Positions 1 through 11,464 are shown, counted from the stretch's first letter. The stretch is DNA of 64,000 nt from Macrostomum hystrix (GCA_950097015.1 CATNEN010000034.1:7564001-7628000), one strand, 5' to 3'. Made by a program: numbers and translations. The notes: generated from the letters alone by a model not told the origin.

Positions 1-330
1 GCGAAGTGAAGCACTGAACGAAAAGCAAGAAAAGTTTCTCACTTGTTTTTTTCAAGAATTTCCTTCTAAGAAATATTTTTTCTATAGCGGTTTCAAATTT
101 TAGTTGAAAATATGTTCACAATTGTATAAAATATGTATCCGACTTGAAGCAAAGGCATATGCACAGAGATACTCCTGAGGAGTGAACCAGATTAAAATTT
201 TCCTCATTGATTGCAACGCAACCACAACGTCATCTGCATTCCTGAAGGTTAAAATGTAGTTCCTAGGAAAGAAACAGTTTTCTCTGCTCGTCTGCGCTTA
301 ACGTTAAAAATTCCAATTAACCAAAAGCTC

Positions 331-337
331 TATATAA
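331..337 (+). promoter_or_regulatory. TATA box of secreted-protein copy 1
   Basis: TATATAA 78 bp upstream of the ATG at 409. The same box lies at the same position in copies 2 (6204-6210), 3 (19986-19992) and 5 (28865-28871), with a TATAA variant in copy 7 (36727-36731). Confidence 0.7.
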
Positions 338-408
338 GCTTGTGAGAATTTCAAATCAAACTCCAATTTCTCGGTTCGTTTATTGAAACTGCCAGAAATT
401 GAATTGGA

Positions 409-957
409 ATGCCCAATCAAAGCAGTTCTGTCATCCTACTGACGCTGGTCCTGCTGGCACTCTGCCTAGCACTGCCTCTTGCAGCTTCGAAACGCGCAGT
501 CATCAGCCAAAGCTCGCTGGTTACGCTGATCAATGTGGGAACAGGGAACCGCATGGAAGTTCGTCAAGACAATGGTTGGTTATTTTTGGACGCAACCGGT
601 AATGTCGCAACCGGTAAGCCAACCTCATTCCGATTCAAAGACGCCTGGCATGGCTCTAAGAAGATCGTCCTCGAGAATTATGGTTATATTGAAGAGATCT
701 ATGCACAATGCGGCAACGACTATACAATCTACCTTCAAAAAGGAGCCTCTGATCGTGGTCAGATGTGGTTCATTGTGAATCAGAACAACTCTATGAACAT
801 CAAAGATGGCGACATTGTGACCATCAGGAATATGTACTGGAGTCACGTCTACCTTGTTGACTTATGGCCGAAGGGATCATCTCTTAGCAGTATTGCCTGC
901 AAGAAGCATATTAAAGATGATAAAAAAGATAGGTGGAAGGTGACTTTAATTAATTAG
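409..957 (+). CDS. Secreted ~180-aa protein, beta-trefoil/MIR- or ricin-B-like pattern, paralog 1 (intronless)
   Basis: 182-aa ORF. Hydrophobic signal peptide (VILLTLVLLALCLALPLAAS) followed by KR. Three ~45-50-aa pseudo-repeats (LVTLINVGTG..F.F / IVLEN.GY..W.I / GDIVTIRN..W.V) and two conserved Cys. TATA box upstream and AATATA downstream (978-983). Six further paralogs in the window. The fold call is pattern-based. Confidence 0.85.
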   Translation: MPNQSSSVILLTLVLLALCLALPLAASKRAVISQSSLVTLINVGTGNRMEVRQDNGWLFLDATGNVATGKPTSFRFKDAWHGSKKIVLENYGYIEEIYAQCGNDYTIYLQKGASDRGQMWFIVNQNNSMNIKDGDIVTIRNMYWSHVYLVDLWPKGSSLSSIACKKHIKDDKKDRWKVTLIN

Positions 958-1574
958 TGAGACCTGGAACTCTTACAAATATACTGCTCTCGTCAGTTGT
1001 TCGAATCGTGGTACAAAATATCTTTCTTTTAGCTTTTTATTCTATTTTCTTCGCACGACTAAAATTTATAAAAGGCAAGAATCAATTATTAACTGCGAAA
1101 AACGAAGTAAAATTGCAACAATGATATCGGAATCAAAATCAGATTCGAAAATGAAGCGCGCACAATCGATACTACTGCTCAGTGTGAGTTGTTGGTGGTG
1201 TAGAAATTATGCGATGGGAAGTTCACGATTACAATTTTATTGAAATTGAAAAAATCAATTTTAAACACACATTGACATTTTTTACATGTGTCCTTGGACA
1301 TTTCTTCCGTCTCTCTTTGTACATTCACTGAATGTGTCCTTGGACATCCCCTCAGTGTGCTTTTGGATGTTTCCCCAGTGTCATACCACATGGACTTAGC
1401 ATAGGACAAGATCCATTTCGATTTCAATACAAATCTGGTCAAACTACTCGTGAGTTTAGCATTTGTGCAAAGTTGAGCCAATAAACAAATGCATTCTAAC
1501 TTTCAGTCAACCAAGGACTGTAGTTATGAAAGTTCATTGTGAAGGCATGCCGTTTTTAAAGCAAGGAAAGCTGA

Positions 1575-3487
1575 GAGGATTGAATCCCAAACTTGGAGGT
1601 TGAATCCCAAACTGGGAGGTTGAATTCCAAACTGGGAGGGTTGAATCCAAAGCTGGGAGGTTTGAATCCCAAACTGGGAGGATTGGATTCAAAGCTGTGA
1701 GGATTGAATCCCAAACTGGGAGGTTGAATCCCAAACTGGGAGGATTGGATTCAAAGCTGTGAGGATTGAATCCCAAACTGGGAGGTTGAATCCAAAAATG
1801 GGAGGATTGAATCCAAAAATGGGAGGATTGAATCCCAAACTGGGAGGATTGAATCCCTAACTGCGAGGATTGAATCCCAAACTAGGAGGGTTGAATCCCA
1901 AACTAGGAGGGTTGAATCCCTAACTGGGAGGATTGGATTCTAAGCTAGGAGGATTGGATTACAAATGGGGAGGATTGAATCCCAAATTCAGAGGATTGAA
2001 TCCCAAATTGGTAGGATTGAATCCCAAATTGGGGGATTGGATTCCAAGCTGAGAGAATTAAGTCCCAAACTGGGAGGATTGGATTCCAAGCTGAAAGGAT
2101 TAAATTCTGAATTGGGAGGATTGAATTCAAAACTGGGAGGATTGGATTCGAAGCTGAGAGGATTGGATTCCAAACTAGTAGGATTTGGATTCCAAGCTGG
2201 AAGGATCGAATCCTAAATTAGGAGGATTGAATCCCAAATTTGGAGGATTGAATCCCAAATTGGGAGGATTGGATTCCAAACTGGGAGGATTGAATCCCGA
2301 ATTGGGAGGATTGGATTCCAAGCTGGGAGGATTGGATTTCAATATAGGAGGATTGGATTTCAAGCTGGAATTTGGAATTCCAAGGATTGGATTCCAAGCT
2401 GACAGGATTAAATCCCAAACTCGAAGGATTGAATTCCAAACTGGGAGGATTGAATCCAAAAATGGGAGGATTGAATCCCAAACTGGGAGGATTGAATCCC
2501 TAACTGCGAGGATTGAATCCCAAACTAGGAGGGTTGAATCCCAATATGGGAGGATTGAATCACCAAAAACTGGGAGGTTGAATCCCAATATGGGAGGATT
2601 GAATCCCTAACTGGGAGGATTGGATTCCAAGCTGGGAGGATTGGATTCTAAGCTAGGAGGATTAGATTCCAAATTGGGAGGATTGAATCCCAAATTCAGA
2701 GGATTGAATCCCAAATTGGTAGGATTGAATCCAAAATTGGGGGGATTGGATTCCAAGCTGAGAGAATTAAGTCCCAAACTGGGAGGATTGGATTCCAAGC
2801 TGGGAGGATTAAATCCCAAACTGGGAGGATTGGATTCGAATCTGGGAGGATTGGATTCCAAACTGGTAGGATTTGGATTTCAAGCTGGAAGGATCGAATC
2901 CTAAATTAGGAGGATTGAATCCCAAATTTGGAGGATTGAATCCCAATCTGGGAGGATTGGATTCCAAGCTGAGAGAATTAAGTCCCAAACTGGGAGGATC
3001 GGATTCGAAGCTGGGAGGATTAAATCCCAAACTCAAAGGATTGAATTCCAAATTTGGAGGATTGAATCCCAAACTGGGAGGATTGAATCCCAAACTGGGA
3101 GGATTTGACTCCAAGCTGAGAGAATTGAATCCCAAACTCGAAGGATTGAATTCCAAACTGGGAGGATTGAATTCCAAACTGGGAGGATTTGACTCCAAGC
3201 TGAGAGAATTGAATCCCAAACTCGAAGGATTGAATTCCAAACTGGGAGGATTTGACTCCAAGCTGAGAGAATTGAATCCCAAACTGGGAGGATTGAATCC
3301 CAAACTGGGAGGATTTGACTCCAAGCTGAGAGAATTGAATCCCAAACTCGAAGGATTGAATTCCAAACTGGGAGGATTTGACTCCAAGCTGAGAGAATTG
3401 AATCCCAAACTCGAAGGATTGAATTCCAAACTTGGAGGATTGAATTCCAAACTGGGAGGATTGAATTCCAAACTGGGAGGATTGAAT
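1575..3487 (+). repeat. 21-bp minisatellite array (GGATTGAATCCCAAACTGGGA)
   Basis: About 90 variable tandem units; the source of the spurious GGLNPKL/GRIESQ ORFs. Confidence 0.95.
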
Positions 3488-3488
3488 C

Positions 3489-3792
3489 TGATGTTTGAAG
3501 CTGATTAATAATATCTTGCTGCATTGCATAGCTCCCGAGGTAACCTGTGTGGTGACGTGACTCTGCTTGCGACTGGCTAAGGCAGGTGTGTTGCGCACCT
3601 GCCCGGCATGTTGTCTAATTATTTTGAATGTACTGTGTATGTGCGTGCTTTGAATATTTTTCTTTTTTGTGCACGCGTGGAGTCAGTAGCTCCACCCCTA
3701 ATACTGCTATCGATTTGATGAATATAAAAGTCGCTGTTTCATCTCGTTGAGAGTTTGAGATTCGTTCTACAATCTTAAGCAAGGTCTCTACA
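3489..3792 (+). mobile_element. Ty3/Gypsy 5' LTR
   Basis: TG...CA-bounded ~300-bp segment with an AATATAAA signal, directly followed by a primer-binding site TGGCGACGAG (3794-3803) and a gag ORF. Confidence 0.7.
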
Positions 3793-3805
3793 GTGGCGAC
3801 GAGAA

Positions 3806-4330
3806 ATGAGCCTAGTTGGCTCTATTGAACCCTTTGAAGAGGGGACAGAAAAATGGCAGCAATACCAGGAAAGACTGGAGCAGTTTTTCGAGGCCAATGA
3901 CATCAAAGATGAGAAAAAGCGCGCCGTTCTCCTCAGCGTCTGCGGCAAGAAGACTTACCAGCTAATAGCCAGCCTGCTAGCCACTGGTACTCCGGCTGCA
4001 AGCAGCTATGCAGACATCTGCGAAACACTAAAGAATCACTTCGACCCCGAGCCACCCGAGATCGTTCTGCGCTTCCGTTTCTACGCCCGAAGTCGCCGTG
4101 CCGGCGAGTCAATTGCTGACTTCCTCGCCGACCTGCGCAGACTAGCCAGGGACTGCAACTTTGGCAGCAGCCTGGACAGCATGCTCAGGGACAGGTTCGT
4201 GCTGGGCATCGACGACGAAAACATCCAGCGGAGGCTGCTGTCTTAGCGGAAGCTTACACTCGACACCGCCCTGTCTCGAGCCCAGGCCGAAGCTTCAGCA
4301 GCCGAAGGAAACCTGATAGTGAGCAATTCT
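3806..4330 (+). pseudogene. gag: Ty3/Gypsy (Mag-like) gag with premature stop
   Basis: GSIEPF..W..Y.ERLEQFF.AN..KRAVLLS..LRDRFVLGI..IQRRLL motifs. TAG at 4244-4246, after which the same frame continues as gag-like RKLTLDTALSRAQAE. Confidence 0.85.
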
Positions 4331-4331
4331 T

Positions 4332-4480
4332 CAGCAGCAGAGAACTAATTCCCCCTAGCAGCAAAGAACTAATTCCCCCCCCAGCAGCAGAGAACTAATT
4401 CCCCCAGCAGCAGAGAACTAATTCCCCCCAGCAGCAGAGAACTAATTCCCCCCAGCAGCAGAGAACTAATTCCCCCCAGC
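4332..4480. repeat. ~23-25-bp tandem repeat (CAGCAGAGAACTAATTCCCCC)
   Basis: About 6 tandem copies. Confidence 0.85.
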
Positions 4481-4524
4481 ATCAAATAACCAATGTCACC
4501 CAGCAGCATAGAACCATTATTAAC

Positions 4525-4722
4525 CGTTCAACATATTTAAAAACTTTTAAACGCATTAAGAAAATTGTTAAACACATTTAGAAAACTGTTAAAACCACTT
4601 AAAAAATTTTAGACACATTTATAAAACTGTTCAACACATTTAGAAAACTGTTAAACACTTTTAGAAAACTGACAAACACAGTTAGAAAACAGTTAAACAC
4701 AGTTAGAAAACTGGTAAACACA
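4525..4722. repeat. ~20-bp degenerate AT-rich tandem repeat (AAACACATTTAGAAAACTGTT)
   Basis: About 9 degenerate units. Confidence 0.75.
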
Positions 4723-5039
4723 CCGTCCAACCAACTAGTCTAATGATAATGACTGTATTAGACTAGAGGCTGCGACCTCAACCAGCATAAATATTCTTGC
4801 GAATGTGTATTGTGTATGTGTATTCTTGCGAAGGCTACGGTATTGCCTTCCCCTCAGATCGATGGGTTTTAAATACATTATATAAGGCGAAGCGGAGCGC
4901 GGAAAGTGGCTCCCCGCGAGTTTGTTAGATAATCAGCTTTGAGCTCCGTTAAGTCAAAAAATTATAAAACTAACGGTTTTTGAGTTCTTTCTTAATTTGA
5001 TCCCGAGGTAAAACCCGGAAGAAATCGAACCAGTCAGCC

Positions 5040-5288
5040 GAGATACTGCCATTTGGCCACCAGAGAGCGAGCCGGGTGCACATGGACCACTGCGAAGTGC
5101 CAGGGGTGGGTCTGCTGCTGCTGCTGTCGGATGCGTACTCAGGCTGGCCGGAAGCAATTCAGGTTCCTGACAGGTCTGCGGCTTCGGTGCTGCGAGTGCT
5201 GAGGGCGGTGTTCGCCCGGAACGGAGTGCCGCGGACGTTGGTGTCGGACAATGCTCCCGAGTTCAAATCAGAGAGAGTGTTGCAGTGG
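5040..5288 (+). mobile_element. Ty3/Gypsy integrase core fragment
   Basis: HMDH..DAYSGWPEA..VPRTLVSDNAPEF rve motifs; same family as the minus-strand relic at 34090-35110. Confidence 0.85.
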
Positions 5289-5568
5289 AGATTGTAATCG
5301 TGAACTTCCCATCGCATAATTTCTACACCACCAACAACTCACACTGAGCAGTAGTATCGATTGTGCGCGCTTCATTTTCGAATCTGATTTTGATTCCGAT
5401 ATCATTGTTGCAATTTTACTTCGTTTTTCGCAGTTAATAATTGATTCTTGCCTTTTATAAATTTTAGTCCTGCGAAGAAAATAGAATAAAAAGCTAAAAG
5501 AAAGATATTTTGTACCACGATTCGAACAACTGACGAAAGCAGTTTATTTGTAAGAGTTCCAGGTCACA

Positions 5569-6132
5569 CTAATTGATCACAGTGACCTTCCACCTATCTT
5601 TTTTATCATCTTTAATATGATTCTGGCAGGCAATACTGGTAAGATATGATCGTTGCGGCGTTGTGTCAACAATGTAGGCGTGACTCCAGTACATATTCCT
5701 GATGGTCACAATGTCGCCATCTTTGATGTTCATAGAGTTGTTCTGATTCACAATGAACCACATCTGACCACGATCAGCGGCTCCTTTTTGAAGGTAGATT
5801 GTATAGTCGTTGCCGCATTGTGCATAGATCTCTTTCATATAACCATAATTCTCGAGGACGATCTTCTTAGAGCCATGCCAGGCGTCTTCGAATCGGAATG
5901 AGGTTGGCTTACCGGTTGCGACATTACCGGTTCCGACCAAAAAAAACATTCTTTGACATAACCAACAATTGTATTCACCAACGTCCATGCGGTTTCCTGT
6001 TCGCACATTGATCAGCGTAACCAGCGAGCTTTGGCTGATGACTGCGCGTTTCGAAGCTGCAAGAGGCAGTGCTAGGCAGAGTGCCAGCAGGACCAGCGTC
6101 AGTAGGATGTCAGAACTGCTTTGATTGGGCAT
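5569..6132 (-). CDS. Secreted beta-trefoil-like protein, paralog 2
   Basis: 187-aa intact ORF with signal peptide and an extra YNCWLCQR loop; TATA at 6204-6210 and AATAAA at 5543-5548. Confidence 0.85.
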   Translation of the reverse strand: MPNQSSSDILLTLVLLALCLALPLAASKRAVISQSSLVTLINVRTGNRMDVGEYNCWLCQRMFFLVGTGNVATGKPTSFRFEDAWHGSKKIVLENYGYMKEIYAQCGNDYTIYLQKGAADRGQMWFIVNQNNSMNIKDGDIVTIRNMYWSHAYIVDTTPQRSYLTSIACQNHIKDDKKDRWKVTVIN

Positions 6133-6547
6133 TCCAATTCAATTTCTGGCAGTTCCAATAAACGAACCGAGAAATTGGAGTTTGATTTGAATTTCTCACA
6201 AGCTTATATAGAGCTTTTGGTTAATTGGAATTTTTAACGTTAAGCGCAGACGAGCAGAGAAAACTGTTTCTTTCCTAGGAACTACATTTTAACCTTCAGG
6301 AATGCAGATGACGTTGTGGTTGCGTTGCAATCAATGAGGAAAATTTTAATCTGGTTCACTCCTCAGGAGTATCTCTGTGCATATGCCTTTGCTTCAAGTT
6401 GGATACATATTTTCAACTAAAATTTGAAACAGCTATCAGATACAAAAATATTTCTTAGAAGGAAATTAAAAAAAAAAAACAAGTGAGAAACTTTTCTTGC
6501 TTTTCGTTCAGTGCTTCACTTCGCAATCGCTGTGCTTCGAGCGTTAC

Positions 6548-6788
6548 CTGCAAGTGATACTCTCCGTTTGGGATTCAAATACACCCTGTTTGGGATTCGA
6601 ATACTCCCAGCTTGGGATTCAATCCTATCAGCTTGGAATTCAATCCCCTCAGCTTGGAATCCAATCCTCCTTGTTTGAAATTCAAATCCTCCTAGTTTGG
6701 GATTCAAACCTGGCAGTTTGGGATTCAAACCTCCAATTTTGGGATTCAACCTCCCGGTTTGGAATCCAATCCTCCCAGTTTGGGATTT
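6548..6788 (-). repeat. 21-bp minisatellite array (reverse orientation)
   Basis: TCCCAGTTTGGGATTCAATCC-type units. Confidence 0.9.
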
Positions 6789-6978
6789 AGTAGTATGGCG
6801 AATTATGATTCTGCCGCATTAGCACTGGGGAGATAGGCGGTAGTGTAAAGGCATAGGAGTGGGTGAATAAACTGTATAGAGATAGGAATCGGAGGCGGTC
6901 AATGGGATGTTATGACACTGCCGCATTTGCACTGGGGAGATAGGCGCAATGCAAAATGATAGAAAGGAAACGAATGCA
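6789..6978 (+). repeat. Maverick left terminal inverted repeat
   Basis: AGTAGTATGGCGAATTATGATTCTGCCGCATTAGCACTGGGGAGATAGG...; matches the reverse complement of 26210-26715 with only a few mismatches and small indels, but holds one 107-bp unit instead of four. Confidence 0.8.
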
Positions 6979-7561
6979 CTGCAGAGATAAGAGAAATGGC
7001 TGGCCTATCTCTTTGCATTGAGGACGGATTAACACAGCCGAGATAGGAGTAGAGGGCCTGTGTGGGGGTGCGGGGGCATTTTAATTACCATTTAATTTTC
7101 TTGGGCACTCTGCCTCTGACAAACGGAACTCGCTGGCGCTGGCCCATTCAACCTACAAGCAGCTGCACTGAGAGAACGTTAAATGCTACCTTGATGTCTG
7201 TGATGCAGGTCATTGCAAGGTCCTGCCTTGCTGGTCTATCTCTCTCTTTGCATTGGAGAGGGGGTGGGTTAACACTGCAGGGATAGGAAGAGAGGTTCCG
7301 CCTATCACTTGGCACTGCAAATGCTAAATGGTCAAGGCTTACCGAATCATAATTAGATTCGGTTATATAATACGACTCTGCCGCAGTGTGGAAATTGGCG
7401 CAATGTAAAAGATAGAAGGAATTGAATACAATGCAAAGATAGGCCTATCTTTTCGCACTGGGGAGGGTAAACGCTCTGGAGATAGGAAGGAGAGGCCGGC
7501 CTATCTCTTTGCACTGCAGTGAGTGAAGGAGAACTGAAGCCAGGCGTGCCCAGATTTAACG

Positions 7562-7920
7562 TGTATCAATTTGTGAAAAACTAAAGCAAGTGAAGTGAAG
7601 CAACAACTGTAATAACTTAAGACTGAAGTCTGGCCAAGAATTGATTCACAAGAACGTAGCGAGCCAGTTGGGAGTTGCGGCTCCTTATATTATCGCTCTG
7701 TTCTATTTGACCCTAGGGCTTAGGGCACGGCTGGGCCCCGCGGGCCAGCCACCTCAACCAGCACGCAAGCCACGCGTGACACTGGTAAACAACTCAGCTT
7801 TCACTAAGAACCGACAGACATAAACAATCGATGGTAGCAAAGCCATGATACAAAGTGGTGCAGAGTGAACGCATTGAATAACATTGAATAACATTCAAGA
7901 GTCCATTGAATAACATCACA
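7562..7920 (-). mobile_element. Putative Ty3/Gypsy 3' LTR
   Basis: On the minus strand a purine tract AGAGGGGAGA is followed by TGTGATG... at 7920, just after the pol stop; a TATA-like AATATAAGG lies inside. The distal CA end at 7562 is uncertain. Confidence 0.5.
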
Positions 7921-7947
7921 TCTCCCCTCTGAGTCTGTTTTCTCCCA

Positions 7948-9290
7948 TCACAGCTGCAGTCTCTCAGGTGGGCCACGAGCTCTCAGAGGGTACCGCCGGG
8001 GAGTCGTAGCATCCCGACGCGCGTTGCTCTCTGGTCCGTCGGCGGGTTCAGGTGCCGCCTCGCCGATGGTGGCGCCGCTGGCGACAGTATCAGGAGTGGC
8101 GCGCGCACAGCCAGCTCCCAGGGTCGCGTCACTGCCGCCATCAGTCAGCGGCTGGCCGGCATCAGCGATGTCGAGGTCGAAGCCGTCAGCGCGGGCCGCC
8201 ACCAGCTGATCCGCATGCCGCATGTGCTGACCGCGCTGCGAGTCGACGATGTAGTTGCGGCTGCCAGCGCCCTTGATGACGCCCTCCGCCCAGCGCGGCG
8301 GGTCGCCGGCCCTCGCACCAGTGACGGTGCCAGTAGATCCAGGCGGCATCGGAGCCGCCGGCCGATGAGTAGTTGGCTGGGAGCGACGCCGCTGACGCTG
8401 TGCGGCATGTTGCGGTAGCCGAGCAGCAGTCGCTGGAGCTCGGGATCAGAATGACCGCTCTTGAGCAGATGCCGCTTTAGAACTTGGACGAAGCGCTCGG
8501 CTTGGCCATTCGTGGCAGGATGGAAAGGTGCCGAGAACACATGACGAATGCCATTGGCTCGGGTGAATTCGGCGAACTCGGCGGAGGCGAACTGCGGCCC
8601 GTTGTCGGACACCAGCGTGCGCGGAATGCCTTGGTGGGCCAAGATCTCCCGCAGACTCGCGATTGTGGCTGCCGCTGTGGTGCCGCGCATCCGCACGACC
8701 TCCGGCCACTTGCTGTGGGCGTCCACCACCACCAGGTACACATGACCGTCGACAGGCCCGGCGAAGTCGACATGCAGGCGCTCCCACGGCTCCAACGGGA
8801 ACGGCCACGGCTGCACGGGCGCCTTTGGCGGGTCGGGCTGGTTGAGCTGACAGGTCCTGCAGGTCTTTGTTGCAGCCTCCAAATCGCCGTCGATTCCTGG
8901 CCACCAGACGTAGCTGCGAGCTAGGGCGCGCATTGGATGCGCCTGGTGGAGCTCTTGGATCACGTGATCGCGCAGCGCCGCTGGTACTACGACTCTGGCG
9001 CCCCACAACACGCAGCCTTGGTCAACCGACAGCTCCGTCTGCCGCCGGGCGTAGTCGCTCAGCTCGGCGCCGATGGGCGCCCCAGTCTACAGGCAGCGTA
9101 GCACACGGCCCAGCGATGCGTCTGTCCGCGTGTGTCGCGCCACCGTCTGCGCCGTGACGGCCGATCCGGCCCCCTCGTCGAGTAGCAGCGATTCGATGAA
9201 CTATCAGCAGCTGATCCGGCAGTACTCTGGAACTCGAAATGGAAGCGATAACTCTGCGCCCTATGGGTGCGGACGTTTTCCAGGGATCAT
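7948..9290 (-). mobile_element. pol: Ty3/Gypsy pol 3' half (RNase H end, H2C2 zinc finger, rve integrase, C-terminal tail), frameshifted
   Basis: HQAH..ARSYVWWPG..CRTCQ; PWERLHVDFAGP..VVDAHSKWPE..LVSDNGPQF..HPATNGQAERFV. Broken across ORFs 8145-9011 and 7948-8349; 5' part missing. Confidence 0.92.
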
Positions 9291-9329
9291 GACATATCAA
9301 CCTCCTCCAGCAACTTCACCAGCACATGC

Positions 9330-9581
9330 ATCTCAGTTGGCCTCGGCTGGCAAAAGCGTTAGCAAAAGAAGACAGTTGAATGCTAAAGTTTCTAGGAAAA
9401 AGAGAATACAGAAGACACCTCGCCAAAATGGCAAGAAGGGGAAAAATCAAGGAAACGGAAAAATGCAGGTAGAAAGAAACCTAAGAAAGGAGAGAGCAAA
9501 CCAAATAGCAAAACGGTAAGCAAGAGGAAGCGAAAAGTCAGCAAGAAAACGGTGAAGCGCGTGCTGGACTCTTTGTCGTAG
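9330..9581 (+). pseudogene. Basic (Lys/Arg-rich) Maverick core-protein-like ORF, C-terminal remnant
   Basis: K/R-rich reading frames ending KRKRKVSKKTVKRVLDSLS* two bases before the MCP ATG, a position where Mavericks usually carry a basic core protein. Confidence 0.5.
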
Positions 9582-9583
9582 AC

Positions 9584-10854
9584 ATGGCTTATGGATTCAA
9601 CCCAAGGCTCGATTTGTTCAAGGCTCCTGCGCTGCAGACTGCCATTGACAAATCCTCCTATGTCGATATTCACCCCGTGAACTCAACTGCTGCAAATGCA
9701 CCCATCGAATTCGACTGCCACCCATCAGCTGACGAATACACCGATCTATTGAATTCTTTCCTGTACATTCGCTGCCGCCTAGTCCGACTGGATGGGAGAA
9801 TGCTCTGAACGCTGAAGGAGAGCTGACAGAGCGCCGAGACGGTGATGTACACCCTGAAAACTTCGTCTTGTCTACGCTCTTCTCTGATTTCATTGTGAGC
9901 ATTAACCAGCGAGTTGTGTCCGGGGGAGACCAGCTCTATCCCTACCATGCCTATTTCAAAGCTCTCATGAGCTCATCAGACGCCCAGCAGCTGAAGTTCT
10001 ACCCCGCTGGATTCCTGGAGCCTGACTCCACTGCAGTGGCGCACATGGAGATCCACAGGCAGTCCCGCTGGGTGGAGTATGCCGGACCGTTGCTCAGCGA
10101 CATCTTCCAGTGCCCCATGTTCCTGCTGAACAACCTGCACCTGCACATCAAGTTGGTGCCCAGCGACGCTGCATTTGCCATCAGAACCCCGGTCACAAAC
10201 AACACAGCCTACTGCATGGAAATCTCCCACTGCATCCTTCATCTCCGCCGAGTCAAGGTGGCTTCTCACATCAGCCTAGCCCATGAGCAGGGACTGACCA
10301 ACCAGAATGCGCTCTATCCTATGGAGCGAGCCGAAATGCAGAACTGTATTCTGCCCCAGGGAATCCAGTCGAAGAACATTGAAGGCTTTACCCACGGAAA
10401 ACTCCCAAAGTTCATCATGCTGGCTTTCGTGAGCCACCGAGCCTTCAACGGGAATCATCACACCAGCCCCTTCGAGTTCCAGAGCTTCAACCTCAGCCAG
10501 CTAGCTCTAAAGAAAGGTGGGGAAACCATGTGCCACGGTGCATTCACACCCGAAAACAACTCATTTGTGCGAGAGTACTTGCACTACCTGAAAAGCTGCC
10601 AGTCTGCCAGCCCCACCAACTCGGTCCCTTGGATCCCCTATCAGATCTTCTCCAACGACAACACCGTGTTAGCGTTCGACCTCACACCCGAGGGAGCAGC
10701 CCTGTGGTACGGACAGACAGAGGGAAACCTGCGGCTGGAGATTCGGTTCCGACAGGCGCTTGACGAGACCGTGACTCTGATCGTCATGTGCCTGTATGAC
10801 TCTCTGATTGAAGTCACCAAGCATAGGGAAATTTTGCTAGATTTTTCATCATAA
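9584..10854 (+). pseudogene. MCP: Maverick/Polinton major capsid protein (double jelly-roll), single frameshift near 9795-9805
   Basis: LDLF..PALQTAI..YVDIHPV..PIEF..EYTDL..FLYIRC; ..YPYHAY..; YPMER..G.LPK..AFNG..PFEF..; AFDLTP..G.LRLEIRF..LIEV..R. Joins ORFs 9584-9808 and 9868-10854. Confidence 0.9.
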
Positions 10855-10856
10855 TT

Positions 10857-11377
10857 ATGAACACTTTTCAGGTGTTTAAACTTGCCAGAAGCTTTTTGCC
10901 CCCTAAAAAAGTATTTATTGTGTCTCTAAATTTGAATAGTTCTAATAATGCTGAAATAGAATTTCATTTGCGGAGTCACCTGAATGAGAAAACATATAAG
11001 AGCAAATTTATTTTCCTTTTGTTGCGTCACAGCTCCTTGTCAGGCCACTGGGTGGTTTGCGACGTCACTTGCGGGAATTCTGTGGAGCTTTTCAATTCCC
11101 TTGGCTGGGACTCGAAAACTTTAATGATTATTCATGATTTACTGAAAGTAGCCTTGGGTTCCCCGCTTCGTTTGAGCAGCAATGTGGATCGAATTCAAAG
11201 CTGTGACTCTGTCAAATGCGGCCTCTTCTGTCTTGATTTTACTTATCAGAAGTTCAGAAGTTTCAATTCAAACGGTCATTTAAGTGGGTGCTGCGACAGT
11301 TGCATGTACGGGAAAAGAGCCACCTAAATGACAGAATGCTTCGGCAGTTCGAAGGCAGCTTAAGAAAGTTCCGATAG
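10857..11377 (+). CDS. Adenain-like cysteine protease (virion maturation protease); probable C-terminal frameshift
   Basis: GHW (His), FNSLG, IQS..S..CG.FC (Gln/Cys). A shifted frame supplies the C-terminal HLNDRMLRQF to the stop at 11375-11377. Confidence 0.85.
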
Positions 11378-11464
11378 TCGTCTCTCCAGCTTGGATAAAC
11401 CCCACTATGGAAAACTAGTGCGAAGAGAACCTGCTATGATGCCCGCCTGCGGCAGGGAAGCTGC

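Larger units (their letters stand above)
1..1236. repeat. Left arm of a ~1.2-kb inverted segmental duplication (partner 5290-6524)
   Basis: Promoter, CDS and 3' flank are reverse-complement matches of 5290-6524 (e.g. 1-45 vs 6480-6524; 1141-1236 vs 5290-5390). This arm runs off the window start. Confidence 0.9.

Noticed and set aside
533-846. Alternative-frame and antisense ORFs overlapping the secreted paralogs
   Set aside because: Shadows of the real CDS, repeated in each copy only because the DNA is duplicated.
1575-3487. Telomeric or interstitial telomere repeat
   Set aside because: The unit is 21 bp and does not contain TTAGGG/TTAGG-type repeats.
1945-3598. GGLNPKL / LRR-like or collagen-like repeat ORFs (also 26679-30192 and 32346-33621)
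   Set aside because: Open in several frames on both strands, and frames shift with unit length (20/21/22 bp); non-coding minisatellite.
6783-6788. 6-bp target-site duplication of the Maverick
   Set aside because: The left flank GGATTT does not match the right flank TGTAGA; later rearrangement in the satellite may have erased it, so no TSD is claimed.
8145-9011. Integrase as the Maverick's own integrase
   Set aside because: It is preceded by RNase H-end/connection sequence and followed by a polypurine tract and LTR-like DNA, which is Ty3/Gypsy pol architecture.
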